Positions 1 through 13,470 of a stretch of 64,000 nt of DNA are shown here, piece by piece; position 1 is the first letter of the stretch; every line of letters begins with the position of its first letter. A model generated the notes under the pieces. It was not told where the DNA came from and ran no database searches. It saw only the letters and a list, made by a program, of their open reading frames with translations. Both the position numbers and the translations under genes were made by a program. This DNA is from Eledone cirrhosa (lineage: Eukaryota). The stretch lies in the NCBI GenBank assembly GCA_964016885.1, contig OZ024743.1, forward strand, positions 154,132,001-154,196,000. The letters are read 5' to 3'.

Positions 1-920
1 CAATCATCGTGCCTACGGGTGCTCTCTACATTCCCGAGATGCAACTCAATTGGCATGCCGCATTCACGCCCTATCAGCCGCCATGCACCCCCGACCCTTT
101 CACTGCCTAGGCATGGCAGTCTTGAGGGACCGAGTCACAACCCTACCATCGTCAACCCCTCCCCTCTCCGTTCCCTGCACGTCGTCGTCCCACTGCATCG
201 TCATGCATCACCATGCCGCATCAATGCTCTGTCATCCGCCATCCCCTCCTCGGCGCTTTCTTTTGTCTGCCCGCAGTGCTCCTTCAAGACTGCCATGGCT
301 CACGATGCGGAATCCTTGCCACCGTCCACCCCTGCCCTCTTACTTGCCTGCTGGCCGTCGTCCCACTGCATCGTCATGCCTCAGAATGCCGCATCCATGC
401 ACTGTCAGCCACCATCCTATCCTCGGCCCTCTCTTTTGCGTGACCGCCGTGCTCCTTCAAGACACCCATGGCTATCTATGCCGCATCAATTCCTTGCCAC
501 CCACTTAAACGTCATCAGCATGGCTTATTGTTGCTCCATTTAACCACCGATTTTCGCATGCTAAACACAATACCAACGCGCGCGATAGTACATGGTAAAT
601 CTTTTTAGTTACATGTTCATCATGCTAAGCAAAGGATTAATAGCAACTCTTTCATTTCTCCTGACATCCCTTTCTGTCAATTATGGCCGAGAAGCATCCT
701 GTGTAGCATCGCGTCTTCTCAAGCGATCATTGTGCCTTCCACTGTCCTCACAATTGACACACAACGCCGCATCTATTCCCTGCGACGCCCCTAAACATCA
801 TTAGCATGGCTTATTTTTCTGCCGTGTTTAACCGGCCCTCATTCTAGGCCATACACAACAAAACCGCACAATGATTCTGGTCAACATGTTCAGCAAAACA
901 ATTGTACCAATTCTTCCTAT
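1..920. repeat. Degenerate C-rich tandem repeat array
   Basis: GTCGTCCCACTGCATCGTCATGC...GTGCTCCTTCAAGAC recurs with ~173-bp period (184/357). CCGCATC...AGCATGGCTTATT recurs at 481 and 767. The ORFs here are repeat artefacts. Confidence 0.75.
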
Positions 921-1558
921 TCACCTCCAAGGCCTATCCATTACATCTTAGAGGTCACGATTCGCAATTTCTACGATTTCAATATTGACACAACAGTCCG
1001 TCAGGTTTCTCGGCACATGTTGCTCCCATAGGAATATGAATGTGATTTTCACTTAATTCGTAAGTGTTCAGACTTCCATATGCTTTTATGTTTTATTGAT
1101 ACAACACCGACTAAAATCATCTAACTTCACTTTGTAGGCTAGACGCGAATCACAAGGAAAACAATCCTCTGATATTCAACCCCACCAAATTCTTTGGTCT
1201 ACCTAGATTTCAATGGCTATCTCCTTTGCTTTTGTACGGTTGTACATTTGACAATGTCGCAAAACATTATTCCACTTGATTCTTACCTTTCAGCTATGAA
1301 TTGGGCAGTGCCTTAAAATCCCGGTTTATTTGCGTGCAACTTTTTGGTATCTTATGAATGGAGAATCGAAAACCCTTTTTCTCATAACCTGATACATGCG
1401 TTACACATGCTCCATCGATGTTTGTGGACTATTTTTTCAAAATACCAATATCACAGATTGGAGCACAAAAAGAAACGTTCGTTTGTTCTTCATTTAATTC
1501 AGTTAAAACATCCTGTTGGAATTTAGCGCAGACCCGTTTAAATAAAACGCCTTATAAC

Positions 1559-2299
1559 CCCGAGTGTAACCGGGTACACCAGCTAGAAAGACAAATGGAA
1601 ACATTGTTTCCTCGGTCCGATTTAACGAAAGTCGATTTAGTTCCACAACAAATTAACAAACCATACTTGAAGACAGGTTGAGGCTGTTGCAAAGGGCAAT
1701 AACCCTAGACACTATTTGGATCAACTTTCTTTCACCTATAGCAAATTTACCGGAACAGGTTTTTAGCTACTCAAATCTACTTTAGAGGTCACACATTCAT
1801 GTAAAAAATCAATAAAACCGAAGCGGGGGGTTCAACTTTACGCAAAAAACATGGCAAAGTTACACATGGGAACACTTTTTACAAGAACGTCCGATTTTCT
1901 TGAAAACTGTCGCAAAAGACTCGCCATTATGCCGCGGTTCAGATAGAGTCCCTTTTATTTCTTCTTCTGCACATGTGAGTAAGTGAGTGCGAAAATTGTA
2001 AAAACAAAAAATAAACTGAAAAAATCGACTTTTTCACCCTTCTTTAAAAATCAACTGAAAATTCAATTTCAAGTGAATTTGACTTCCGTCAGTCGTGCAA
2101 AGAACAATTTCAACGATACACTGTGAACCTACAATTGATCCATTATGTATGCTCAATTACACACCTGCGTCTACTAACCTTTGTTATGTTCCTTGAGGTT
2201 CGAAGGTTTTTGCACCTGTGATCCGCGGGAAGTAACTTTCACACGTTTTAACAACAGAGCAAAGGTCGACATACACCCGGGCAAGGCCAGGTACTTCTG

Positions 2300-2303
<4 letters not shown>
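1559..2303 (+). mobile_element. 3' part of a non-autonomous Helitron with two stacked 3' termini (5' end not identified)
   Basis: CCCGAGTGTAACCGGG hairpin then CTAG (1559-1586). CCCGGGCAAGGCCAGG hairpin then CTGA|T (2276-2303). Both match the hairpin + CTRR Helitron end. Confidence 0.6.

Positions 2304-2388
<85 letters not shown>
2303..2388. repeat. (TA)n microsatellite
   Basis: Directly visible. Confidence 0.95.
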
Positions 2389-2393
<5 letters not shown>

Positions 2394-2464
2394 TTTATAC
2401 ATTTTGGTATATAAACACGGGAAAATGTGCCAAAGTAGAGTATATTATATATTTATTATATTAA

Positions 2465-2670
2465 CGGTATCAATAGAAATAGGGACACTATGCTTTGCAG
2501 CATAGAGTTACAGCCCTTTACGGTCTGATTTCAAATCCTGCTGAGGTTAACTTTGCCTTTCATCCTTACGAGGTCGTTAAAATATATCACCAGTAACATA
2601 CTAGGATCAATTTAATCGACTTTCCCCTCTCCCAAATTACTGCTCTTTTGCCTATAATATAAATAATGAT
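2465..2670 (+). mobile_element. tRNA-derived SINE, OK/OR-like family, older long variant
   Basis: Shares GAGGTTAACTTTGCCTTTCATCCTTACG core with other copies and carries an extra ~30-bp segment before the 3' end. Confidence 0.75.
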
Positions 2671-3639
2671 ATTAATGCACAGTAATAATGCGGTGATAAT
2701 GTGCATCTCCACCAATAATACCCCCCCCCCCCCCCCTAAAAAAACCAGATCCATATGTGGAAGACATTGTCACCTGCTCTCGTAACATGACAACTCATCT
2801 AACCCATGCAAGCATGTAAAATAGACATTTAACGGTGATTTGGATTGTGTTCAGCAGCAATTCATAGAGTCAGAGGAGCAACAGAGAGTAATCCCAATAA
2901 TACACACACACTCACATACATAAACACACACACATACTCACTCACATACGCACACAGACACACACACACATATTGTCCGTCTACATTTCCACTTAGAGTA
3001 AACATATGATTCTTACAATAGCTTCAACTTTTTACAGTTTAAGTCAAAATAGTCTTTGTCTGTTTTGTGATTAATTAATATATGTATGTAAGCAAGTATA
3101 TATGAATAGACGTCTGTATATTTGCGTGTGCATGGGAAGACTCACTCAATTAAATTATAGACCACACACAGTTATTAGCTTCTATAACAACATTTCTTTG
3201 ATGTTATTATTTGTTGACATTCAACCAGTGTTCTTGCTGTGATTATTGTACCATTTTACAGTGCACATTTTGTTCAGGCTTTAATTTTCCAATATGAGAT
3301 TCCCGTTTTAAAACGATCGAGAAAGGTTTGGGAGAAGCAAATGCTAATTTGAGCAGGCCTCACAATATCATAGAGACTACCTCCCAGTTTGTCTCTGCAA
3401 ATATAAAAATATATGCACGCAGGCATACCCACATACACACTCATGCAGCCACAGATGCACACATACGCATGCGCAGACACACAAATAGAAAAATAACATC
3501 ATCATTAATAGCCTCTCAAGATTAAAAATTTGTTTCTAGAAGCTTCACCACACCACCTTACTAAAACCATGTTCATACTAAAAACAACCACTATGTTTTG
3601 ATTGAATGCAGCTTACGTACCTCAGCTGTAACTGCCATA

Positions 3640-3730
3640 ACTAAGGTAGCCTCTATAAGATTGCTTAATCTGCTAAAAAGTGCAGTCAAATCTCCCTCGA
3701 ACCATACCTACTGTTTTAAATAAGGAAAAG
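3640..3730 (+). repeat. Old dispersed repeat fragment
   Basis: By-eye similarity to 33700-33905 (+), 38440-38625 (-) and 4235-4405 (-). Confidence 0.4.
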
Positions 3731-4486
3731 AACCAACAATCCTGTTGTAAATTATTGTATCACTGGAAGTGTAACTAACCAGACTGCCACTTTCTGTATC
3801 ATATGATAGATCACTACATTTAGGATAGTATAATGTGTTGGCAACTAAGCAGATGTACATTATGATTGGAGCACTAAATTTATGTATCCAACTAAGGTAA
3901 TTTTAGTGATTAACTCATGACTGGAGGTCAGCAACCAAAATAACATGAAACTAACTATAACAAAAATAATAAACTACATCAACAAACAACAACAAAAACA
4001 ACAGCAGTAGCAGCGTTGCTTTGATATGTGATTATTGCATGTTACAGGGGGTATTTATATTAATTGCAAATCATTTTTCTATTACAGAGATCCAGAGTAA
4101 TTATGACCCTAAGGTGGAGAACTAGTATCAACATATACATTGAAACCTTTCTGGACCTAAATTATTGTTTCTATGTAAGGCAATTCATTGTGCTACTTTG
4201 TTTCTCCCTTATTGGCAACTCCATTTAACAAGCATTGTTTATTAGACCCAAGTCAGCATTGATAGAACAGATCTATAAACTAAAGCATTCCAACTGTAAC
4301 TCACTCATATGTTCAGTTATATGGCAGTGTGTAGTTTAAAGGAAAATGTTTGTCTGTTAACTTCAGGAAATAGAATGACCAAGAAGAAGCTCTCTCATTG
4401 GTTTGTAATAAATGCTATTAGAAGGACACCTCATTGTAATATACTCCATCAACATGCAACTATGTTAAAATTTGGAAATAAATAAT

Positions 4487-4672
4487 TGTTTCTACTTTTG
4501 GCACAAGGCCATAAATTACCCAGTGCATTACTGGTACTTTATTTTATCGACCCCGTAAGGATGAAAGGTAAAGTTAACCTCGGCGGGATTTGAACTCAGA
4601 TCATAAAGGGAGGTAACTCTATGCTACAAAGCATGGTGTCCGACCCTCTACCAATACTGCCAATCCACCGCC
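4487..4672 (-). mobile_element. Full-length tRNA-derived SINE (OK/OR-like) with target-site duplication
   Basis: Minus strand begins GGCGGTGGATTGGCAG, B-box GAGTTCAAATCCC. 18-bp TSD AATTTGGAAA(T/G)AAATAAT at 4469-4486 and 4673-4690. Confidence 0.9.
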
Positions 4673-5489
4673 AATTTGGAAAGAAATAATACCATTCATA
4701 TTAGTATGAAGACATAAATATAAAATTCACAGGAAACAATGAAAAAAACTATATGTCATTTTTATTACGAAGAACATACAACTGTCAAGAAGATATTCTC
4801 CAATTTTCTAAAGCCATCAGCAATCTAATTTTATTTCTATCAATCATATATATATTCCATAGATATCATATATCTAGAAATATGTAGAGTATAATATATC
4901 TAAGTTTCAAAGCCATATAATTTAACTAGGACAAACAAGAAAATAGTGTTCTGTGATCAGCTATCTGATATCTAATAATTTAAATTTGAATATTTTATTT
5001 ATATCCAACGAATGTTGTATATATAATATCAGCTTACAGTTTCTTTAAGCTAATATCATATATACAACAGCTGTTGTATATAACAGAGACCATATCCTAT
5101 ATTACCTATAATGTTCTCTTTGTTTTTCTGTCTTATGATCGTACTTGTAATTAATAAGACTTCAAAATGCAGTAATATGGAGGTAGGTTCATGCCAGCGC
5201 ATCGCAATGATATAAAAAAACATTTCAGGAACAAGAATATTACAAACAAAAACAATAGTACATGTTACTACATAATATATTTAATATAATAGCACATTGT
5301 CAAAACATTTTTTAAAAAATAAGAGAAAGAATTGGTTAGAATGAAATGATGTATTTCATAAAAATAATTTTTATGAAACTGTTGATGTCTGTGCATGTAT
5401 GAGTATATCATTTTGTGTTCGTTTGTGTGATTTTTTATAGCATCAAGGGGGTAACATGTGAGAATATATTATGTATGTATTATGTATAT

Positions 5490-6552
5490 GTGCGAGTGAT
5501 GCTTTCAAAAAGCTAGAAAGGCACCTATGTGGTCGGCCAGACATATGCAATAAGACAAAGGTAAAGGTGTACAAGGCATGTGTGTTCTCTTCTCTTCTTT
5601 ATGCTTGCGAGACCTGGGTCATATATCGACACCACCTTAAACAATTGGAGCGATGTGTCTCAGACGGATCCATGGTGTTCACTGGAGGGACCACATCAGT
5701 AATGTCGAGATTTTGGAAAGCTCTCTATGTGAAAGTATAGAAGCTCTTGTGCTTAGACAAAGACTCCGATGGAGTGGTCACCTTGCCAGGATGAATGATT
5801 CTAGAATAACAAAAAAACACTTTCATGGAGAGTAGTTAAAGGAAAATGACATCCACATAAACCAAGAAAAGAGGTATAAGTATTCGGTGAAAGCGTCTTT
5901 GAAAGACGCTAACATCTCTGCTGATACATGTGAAAGTGTAGCTGCTGATCGTAATAAATGGAGAAAGACTGTATATAATGTATATAAGAGCAAAGTTGCT
6001 TTAGAGGCATCTCGAATGGCATACAAAAAAGTAAAAAGGGATGTGAGGAAGGTAATTGTTGTTGCATTTCCAGACATCGAATGTCCTCCTATGGTGCTAA
6101 CATGCAGCATCTGTGCGAGACTCTGCCTCAGCAAAGCTGGACTCAAAAGTCATCTTCACAGTCATAAAGTGAGACCAGTGGTTGACTACCAGTCTGCTGT
6201 TGGAGAAGCTACTCCTCATGCATGTCAAGCATGTGGAAAAGAGTGTAGATCAACAGGAGGGCGCAAATGACATGCAAAAGTACATGCAATCCAACCACAG
6301 CAGGCTATTGCTAGTGAATGTTTTGGTTGCCAACTTTGTGCAATACATTTTAGATCATTGGCTGGGCTAAAATGCCACATTCGATTACAGCACCGTTAAT
6401 TGTTATTGTGTGTGTGTGAATATGTATGTGTGTATGTATATATGTGTGTGTGTGCATGTGTGTATGTATGTGTGTGTGTATGTGTGTATGTATATTTATG
6501 TGTATGTATATTTATGTGTATAGATATGTATATGTGCGTGCATGTGTATGTA

Positions 6553-6592
<40 letters not shown>

Positions 6593-6735
6593 CTTTTGTT
6601 TATATTATTATTATTGTTGTTATTGTTATAATTATATATGTATATATATTTTTCCTGCAATGGCCATACTTGATAACGAGATAGGCAGGCAACATGTATG
6701 TATGTACTATGTATGTACTATGTATGTATGTTATG
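5490..6735 (+). mobile_element. 5'-truncated RTE-clade LINE, 3' fragment with three C-terminal C2H2 zinc fingers (pseudogenised)
   Basis: TKVKVYKACVFSSLLYACETW, CLRRIHGVHWRDHISNVEIL, QRLRWSGHLARM, then three CxxC..H..H fingers ending at TAA 6399. 3' motif GCAATGGCCATACTTGATAACGAG + (TATG)n at ~6657-6735. Confidence 0.85.
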
Positions 6736-6739
6736 TTGG

Positions 6740-7530
6740 GTCACACTTGAGTGCTACTGGTAACATGTAACCCAGTACAACATGTAACATGGTTGGGTCG
6801 TCGGCGACTGAAATAGTACGCCACCATGTTTACTTGGTGAGGAGGGTGATTTTGGACACCCAGCAGGACAAAAACAAAACCTGACAAATGGCGGAAGAAC
6901 TCATAATATTCAATGGCCATCCAGAAATGTGTAAATATGTATATACATGTGTATGTATGTATATATATGTATATACATGTATGCATGTGTATCTATATGC
7001 GCAGGGACATAGAAAGAATCGGGCTGCATACCCAATAGCGTGGTTAAACCACTGGGAGTGAAGGACCCCTAGCCTTTGTCAGGGCATTCTTCTAGGAGAA
7101 GGCAACTCAGGAAACTGGGATAACTCCAACATAAAACTTGCGGCTAACGATGATGTTGATCTTTTCTTTTTTTAAGGTTATAGCTACTATCGCTCAGAGA
7201 GTAGAATTGGCTCAGTGCACAGTGTTTCCTCACTTTAAAAAAAATCTTTTTGCACAGGCATTGTACGATAGCAGTATCGGTAGAGGGTCGGACGCCATGC
7301 TTTGACGCATGGAGTTACGGCCCTTGCCATTCTGAGTTCAAATCCCGCCAAGTTTAACTTTGCCTTTCATCCTTACGGTGTCGATAAAATAAAGTACCAG
7401 TAATGCACTGGATAATTGCTGGACTTGTGCCAATAGTAGAAACAATCAATTGATAATTATTAATAATGTTATATCGTGCAATGGCCATACTCGATAACAA
7501 GGGGGCAGCCATCATGTATGTATATATCTA
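6740..7530 (+). mobile_element. Non-coding RTE-derived element (5'UTR-like part plus RTE 3' tail) interrupted by a microsatellite and a SINE
   Basis: 7000-7268 recurs at 47708-47985. 7478-7525 repeats the RTE 3' motif seen at 6657. Confidence 0.5.
7270..7447 (+). mobile_element. tRNA-derived SINE (OK/OR-like)
   Basis: Near-identical to the 53888-54072 copy. Confidence 0.9.
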
Positions 7531-9739
7531 TGTTCATATGTGTAGGTGGGAGCATATTGTCTTTGCATGTAGGTATGTGTCTATTGCTGTGAAGTGATGT
7601 GAACACAGTATAACAGTTTGCAGGCACATGAAAGATGGATTGTGTTTAATTGGGACTAATGTATTGTGTGTATTATGCGTATGTGTGAGAGAGAGAATGT
7701 GTAGAAACAGTGGTATGGCAGTGTATCAGATGGTGTTATACATGTGTGTGGGTGTTAAGCAGATTTAATTTTACTAGTAGAAAAATAAAGTCCATTATTT
7801 GCCAAAAAAGTGAATTGTATATTGAGGTGCAATATAGTTGTTCCATGTAACAATATGCCACTGTTGATGAAGCGCTGGAGATATGTAGGATTAAGGGTAT
7901 TGAAGTAATGTTTCAGGTTGTATTAATCTAGTGTTGATACCCCAGACATCTAAAAGATACTTTCCAAAACGGCCTGATAGTCATTGACTGATTACACCAA
8001 TATACACACTACAAAATAGGCATTTAGGTCTTGGAAATGAGAGTCTTACTTTGATACTACTAAATTGTATTATTGATGGGTTCCAAACCTAAACCGATAT
8101 TAACTCATTACTGCAGTGCACTAAGCTGTGTGCTTCATTCCACAATGGACCATCTGGATTCCTCAATCTAAGATACCTCACACACATTTATCTACATAAA
8201 TATCCCTTGACACATAATCAAAGACATTTTAAGATATTTTATCTGTTAATCAACTTACGCATCAGAACGCTCTCTTTTTCAGAAAAATGATATTTCTGTA
8301 AAGCCAGTTGATAAGATTGATACTGTAGTGGTGTGGATGTCAGACCGTTACAATCTCATGTGCTTCTCAACAATTTAATTGCTGTAAATTTCCTTCTCCC
8401 TATGCCAACTGCATTTAGTATCTTGTATTCAAAAGCATCTTTTCCCTTCTTGCTTCTCTCACACAGCAATCAATCTCATCTCCTACACACATTTTACCTC
8501 CCTCGTGTTATTCTTCTCTAAGATCCACAAAGCCGACCACCCTTGCAGCCTCTCTCTGACTGCAATTGCCCAAGGCAAGTCATCTCCTAATACTTGTACC
8601 AGCACTTCTCACATTTCAATCGCACATACATGACACAGACATCCACATCCTTAAACCATTCACATTCGTCTGTGTCACCTGTCTCCATTTCACTATGGAT
8701 TTAACACAATGGTAGGCTATTATATCTAACATACATTCAATACTGTTGTATCACACTAGAGCATAACCCTCTACTATCATCTTCCTCACCAAACTTTCAT
8801 CTCTTCCAGGGACCTCTATCAAGGATGCTAGTGTGCCAATAGGAAGCAAGATAGGCTATCATGGTTTTTGGACATTGTGAGGCTCAAATCCAACATTCGC
8901 TTTGAAATTTATTTTTATTTTGCACATTTGCATTAAGAGCAAATCATTATGATCAGATTTAACCTTCTTAGAGGACACTATTTCTGAACTATGTGTTACG
9001 TTAATTTTGAATGGAGTACACATTAAACACGTACTACAAATCTCCTCAATGTATTTGCTGATTGATCTATCCATGGACATAGTTGATTTGTTTTTAAAGT
9101 GTGTAGGATGCACTACACAGCACTTTGTGTCTCGTTTTTATTTAAACTTTAATTCCACTTTTATCTCATACTGACCTCAGACATTCCCTATATATTATTT
9201 CAATAATATTTGTTGTGCACAGAGATTAAATGAAATGCATAAAATTGTTATTACTTGGCATGGATATAGGGTGGCAAACTGGCAAAGTCATAATGGTTTC
9301 AGATTGACAATGCTTCAGTAATATTTATGGCTCGCTAAGATCGGAGTTTGAAACATGCCAAGGTCAATTTACATTTCATAATTTTGGACTGGTTTCGATT
9401 CTCACTTGTTCTGAGAAAAAATAACTATGCTTCAATATATATGCGGGCTCTACCGGTTTAAACTAACAACGACACGTGTTTCAAAATGGTGCCACCTTAA
9501 CTTCACCAGGTGTTAAGTCTCGTTACGATATTAGAATTATTATATTTAGCACAACTTTGAAACAACTCACAGGAAGACGTGATCATTAGTGTGTTCCAGA
9601 ATCCCATATTTTACACAAAACTGTTTTTTTCTTAGCTCCCTATGCATTTTCTCATGCCATTTTGTATATTATCAATTTATAATGTAATTTTGATTATTTC
9701 AGACTAATTTAAGTCTTGCCTAATAGTTACAAATTGGCA

Positions 9740-12018
9740 GAATAACAGCGGAAACGAGTGGGCCTAGTAGTAGCTACTCGCTCCGTTGTGATGATCGAGA
9801 TATATGGCCAAACAAAATACCAACAAAGGGGATGTTCTAAGATATTTCTTCTACCTGAAAGATGGTCCTATGAAACACGAAAAGCATGTGAACATCAATT
9901 GTGCTATTGCAGATAGGCTTGTGATGGAAGTAGTTAGTCAGTAGGAAAAAGCTCGTGTGGCGACTCAAGTGAAACGGAAAATTATGAATATGTATAGTGA
10001 ACAAAGAAATTTCCAAAAAAACAAAGGTTCTAAGTCAAACAAAGAAAAGGAAGCACTATTTATTTCTGAATTGAATTCGTATTTCTGCATTGCACATACT
10101 GATGCTGAAAAGAACATTATGAAAGACCGTCTTTGTAATAATGAAGAGAAAATAAAAGATGCTACATTTCTCAAGGCCCTGCGTTGCCAAAAAACAGTAC
10201 CTCTGGGTGCTGAAGACAAGGGTTACCAGAAAAATTTATCTTCAAAGTTTAAGCGTGATCAGGTTTCTGTGGCTCGTCGAGAGTCAGAGAACCATAGAAA
10301 GCGTATGTCAGGATCTGTAGCAGCACACCTTCCACGTAATGAACTAAGTGATTCAAGTTCAACCAATGATGAAACTGAAGATGAACAGGATCCTGAATTT
10401 CAGGCCACAAAACCACACAGAGACAGCTCAAAGTCAGACAAAAAACGAAAACTCTAGCTGGAACTGCCAAAGAATCCATTTCAAAGTCCAAAAATTTCTC
10501 TAATGGCTGATCGTTTAAACCTGACACTGAGCCAGAGAACAGCATTTATGGCATCGCTTATTTCTGAGTGTGGGACTGACATAGACGCCATAACTCTCTC
10601 CAAGAATAGAAGCAGACGTGTAGCTAAGAAGATCAGAACTGTGGCGACGGAACACATAAAGGAACACTTTGCTGTAATAGACTTTGTTACCTTGCATTGG
10701 GATTGCAAAATAATTCCTGGTGACCACGAGAGGCAATGTGTGCTATTTGCTGGAACTCCGGACTTCTGAGAAGGTAAACTCCTCGGTGTTCCCATAATTC
10801 CTGATGGCACTGGAACCACCCAAGCCAAAGCATCATTTGATCTTGTTAAAGATTGGAATGTTGATGGGTCTTCGATACAACTGCTTTGAATTCAGGATGG
10901 AAAAATGGTGCCTGCGTGAAACTAGAAGAGATGCTCAACAAAAAGGTGTTTTACTTTGCTTTTCGGCACCATGTCATGTAGCGTATCTTGTGTGCAGTCT
11001 GGAAACAACTATTCAGAGCAATGTCCAGTCCAGATACCCCCAGAGTTCAAGGATTTCAAAAATGATTGGGTGTCACTCACGGGCAAGACCAACTTTAAAA
11101 CATTGAACGTTTTCGACCGGAGACACAAGCATCCGTGTTCTGAGAACATCGAGTTCCTCCAAGATTTGCTGACATTCGACGATGGGGAAAATGAGTTCTC
11201 TTCCATGGGACGACTACCGAGAATGTGCCGAGTTGATGTTGATCTTGCTTGGTGTCACCCCTCCTCGTGGCATTCATTGGATGCTGCCTGGTGCACATCA
11301 TAACGCTCAGCGGATGTCCACAATCATCTACAGTGCAAAGATGTATGCATTTGGTGAGCGACTCAATTACGATCAAGCTAAAATGGAAAGGTTGCGCCGG
11401 ATCTGTATGTTCAATGCTCTCTTCTACGTGCGATACTGGCTGATAGCAGTCAAGTGTGCTGATACACCATCCAATGACCTTCAATTCTACGTGGAGTTGA
11501 CACAGTACAGTAATGTTGATAGAGATCTCTCGCGGGCAGCCACTACTGCTCTGAGCAGGCATCTTTGGTACCTGATGGAGGAAGCCATTCCGCTAGCGCT
11601 GTTTTCAAGTCGGGTCCAAGAGTCCGAGAAGAAACAAATAGCCCAACATCTTGTCAAAACGAAAACATCTGGGCCTCTCGAGCGTGGTGCTCCAGTATTT
11701 CCCGAGTTGAAGTCGTCCACGAAGTTGCCTCATCTAGTTGGGAAGAAATCAAGGCTTCTGTTCGATCTCCCTGGTCTCGACGATACTTGGCTTGAGCTGT
11801 CACCTGCATCTTGGTAATCACAAGTGTCATATCAAAATGCCTGTGCTGTGGTTCACAATATCAAGGTAGTCAACGGTCTGGCGGAGAGAACAGTCAAGTT
11901 GATAACTAATTGTGTTGCCATCATCAAGAATGAGGAGAAGCAGTGTGTTCTTCAAGTAGTCGCATCTTATCGTCGCAAGGTCCCGGATTTCCAAAAAGAT
12001 ACTCTGAAAAATATATGA
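9740..12018 (+). pseudogene. hAT-superfamily (hATm-like) DNA transposase relic
   Basis: Fragmented motifs LHWDCK, VFDTTALNSG..GAC..LE..FRHH, PGAHHNA, RHLWYLMEEAIPLALF, VVNGLAERTVKLI. Many stops and frameshifts. TIR pair not found. Confidence 0.75.
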
Positions 12019-13332
12019 CTGGAGTTAACTTAACTGAACTTGTTTCTTCCTTGTACGCCTTTATATTCAAAGCTGGTTTTCTAAATATAATGGATTAATA
12101 AAATAAACAATTATTGTATGGTTATATTTGGTTTCACATTTTCATGATTCCAGGCAACATCATCACACTTTCCACTATAATCACCATAATATAAGCAAGA
12201 CTCACAATAATTTAATTTATACAAAATATGTTTCATTTTACCAATTGGGGCATTTATAACGGGAAAATACCCAGAGAGCGTTAGGATAGTGACCTTGCTT
12301 TTTATGGCACACTCTAGTGATCATTCCAGGTAATTAAGAAAATATTTTTGATAAGATTAACCCACAAAGCTCCATCATATCTTATTTGGATGCAAAAGAT
12401 AACTATGAATCAATAAGTCAACCTTAATTGGACCTCATCAGGTTTTGGAGCAAGTGTAATTTGTATAGTTAAAATTAAAAAAGAGCTAAGAGGAAATAAC
12501 CAAAATATGTTAATACAATGAATGTATTTGCATGGTCAATTTAAGGGCATATACTAAATATTTTACACAATAACATCAAATTAATTGTAAATTTCTTCTG
12601 AGTCAGAGAATGAAATTAAAACCATTACCATAATTGTCAGCAGCTCTGAAAATGTGGAAAAAATTTCAAGAAATTACGGGTAAATGATTAGGATTAGAAC
12701 TGAAGTATGGGGCCATTGTTGATTTGCTTCAAATTAAAGAACAGATTATCATTTCTCCATCCCAAGTATGATAATCCCATCCTCCAGGATGTATATACAT
12801 TTCTTGAAATTACCTCTTCTCTTTAATAATTACTACAGTTGCAGCTAGGTTTCTAATTTGCTACTCTGGTTCAGTCATATCAATAAGTAAAAGTATTATT
12901 TTGCATGACAATCAGTATAATTCCACTGAACGCTTTCATATTATTCTATCACCTGGACATACTTTGTCAAATATAATTTTTATTTAAGATAGCAGGTTGT
13001 CACTTGAAGTAGAGTTGTATTTCATTTCTACTGGATGAGAACCAATATACATGATTCTGTGCTGAAATACAATGACGTCATCTTAATTATTGGACAGTGA
13101 AAACAACTACCCCCCCCCCTCCATCTCTAATTCACTCCCTCTCTCGCTCTCTCTTTTCCTGTGTCTCTCTTCCCTCTCTTTCCCTTTGTCCTTCTTTGCA
13201 CTTTCTATTTCCTTCCTGAAGAGAGTTGTTGGATGAGGCAAAAGTTACTTGAGTGGGTGTGATAGGGATTGAGAACATATTTTTGTTACATAAACTTTGT
13301 TATTATGTTAGCACCATTTATAAGGATATTAA

Positions 13333-13367
13333 ACACACACACAGACAGACAGACACACGCACACACA

Positions 13368-13462
<95 letters not shown>

Positions 13463-13470
13463 TTATATAT
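13333..13470. repeat. (CA)n/(TA)n microsatellite
   Basis: Directly visible. Confidence 0.95.

Noticed and set aside
19-543. 174-aa and 152-aa ORFs
   Set aside because: All three + frames are open over a C-rich tandem repeat, with no domain signal.
7830-9050. Possible old LINE ORF1/endonuclease on the minus strand, and a GIY-YIG-like trace at ~38650-38800
   Set aside because: Motifs are too eroded to call without a profile search.
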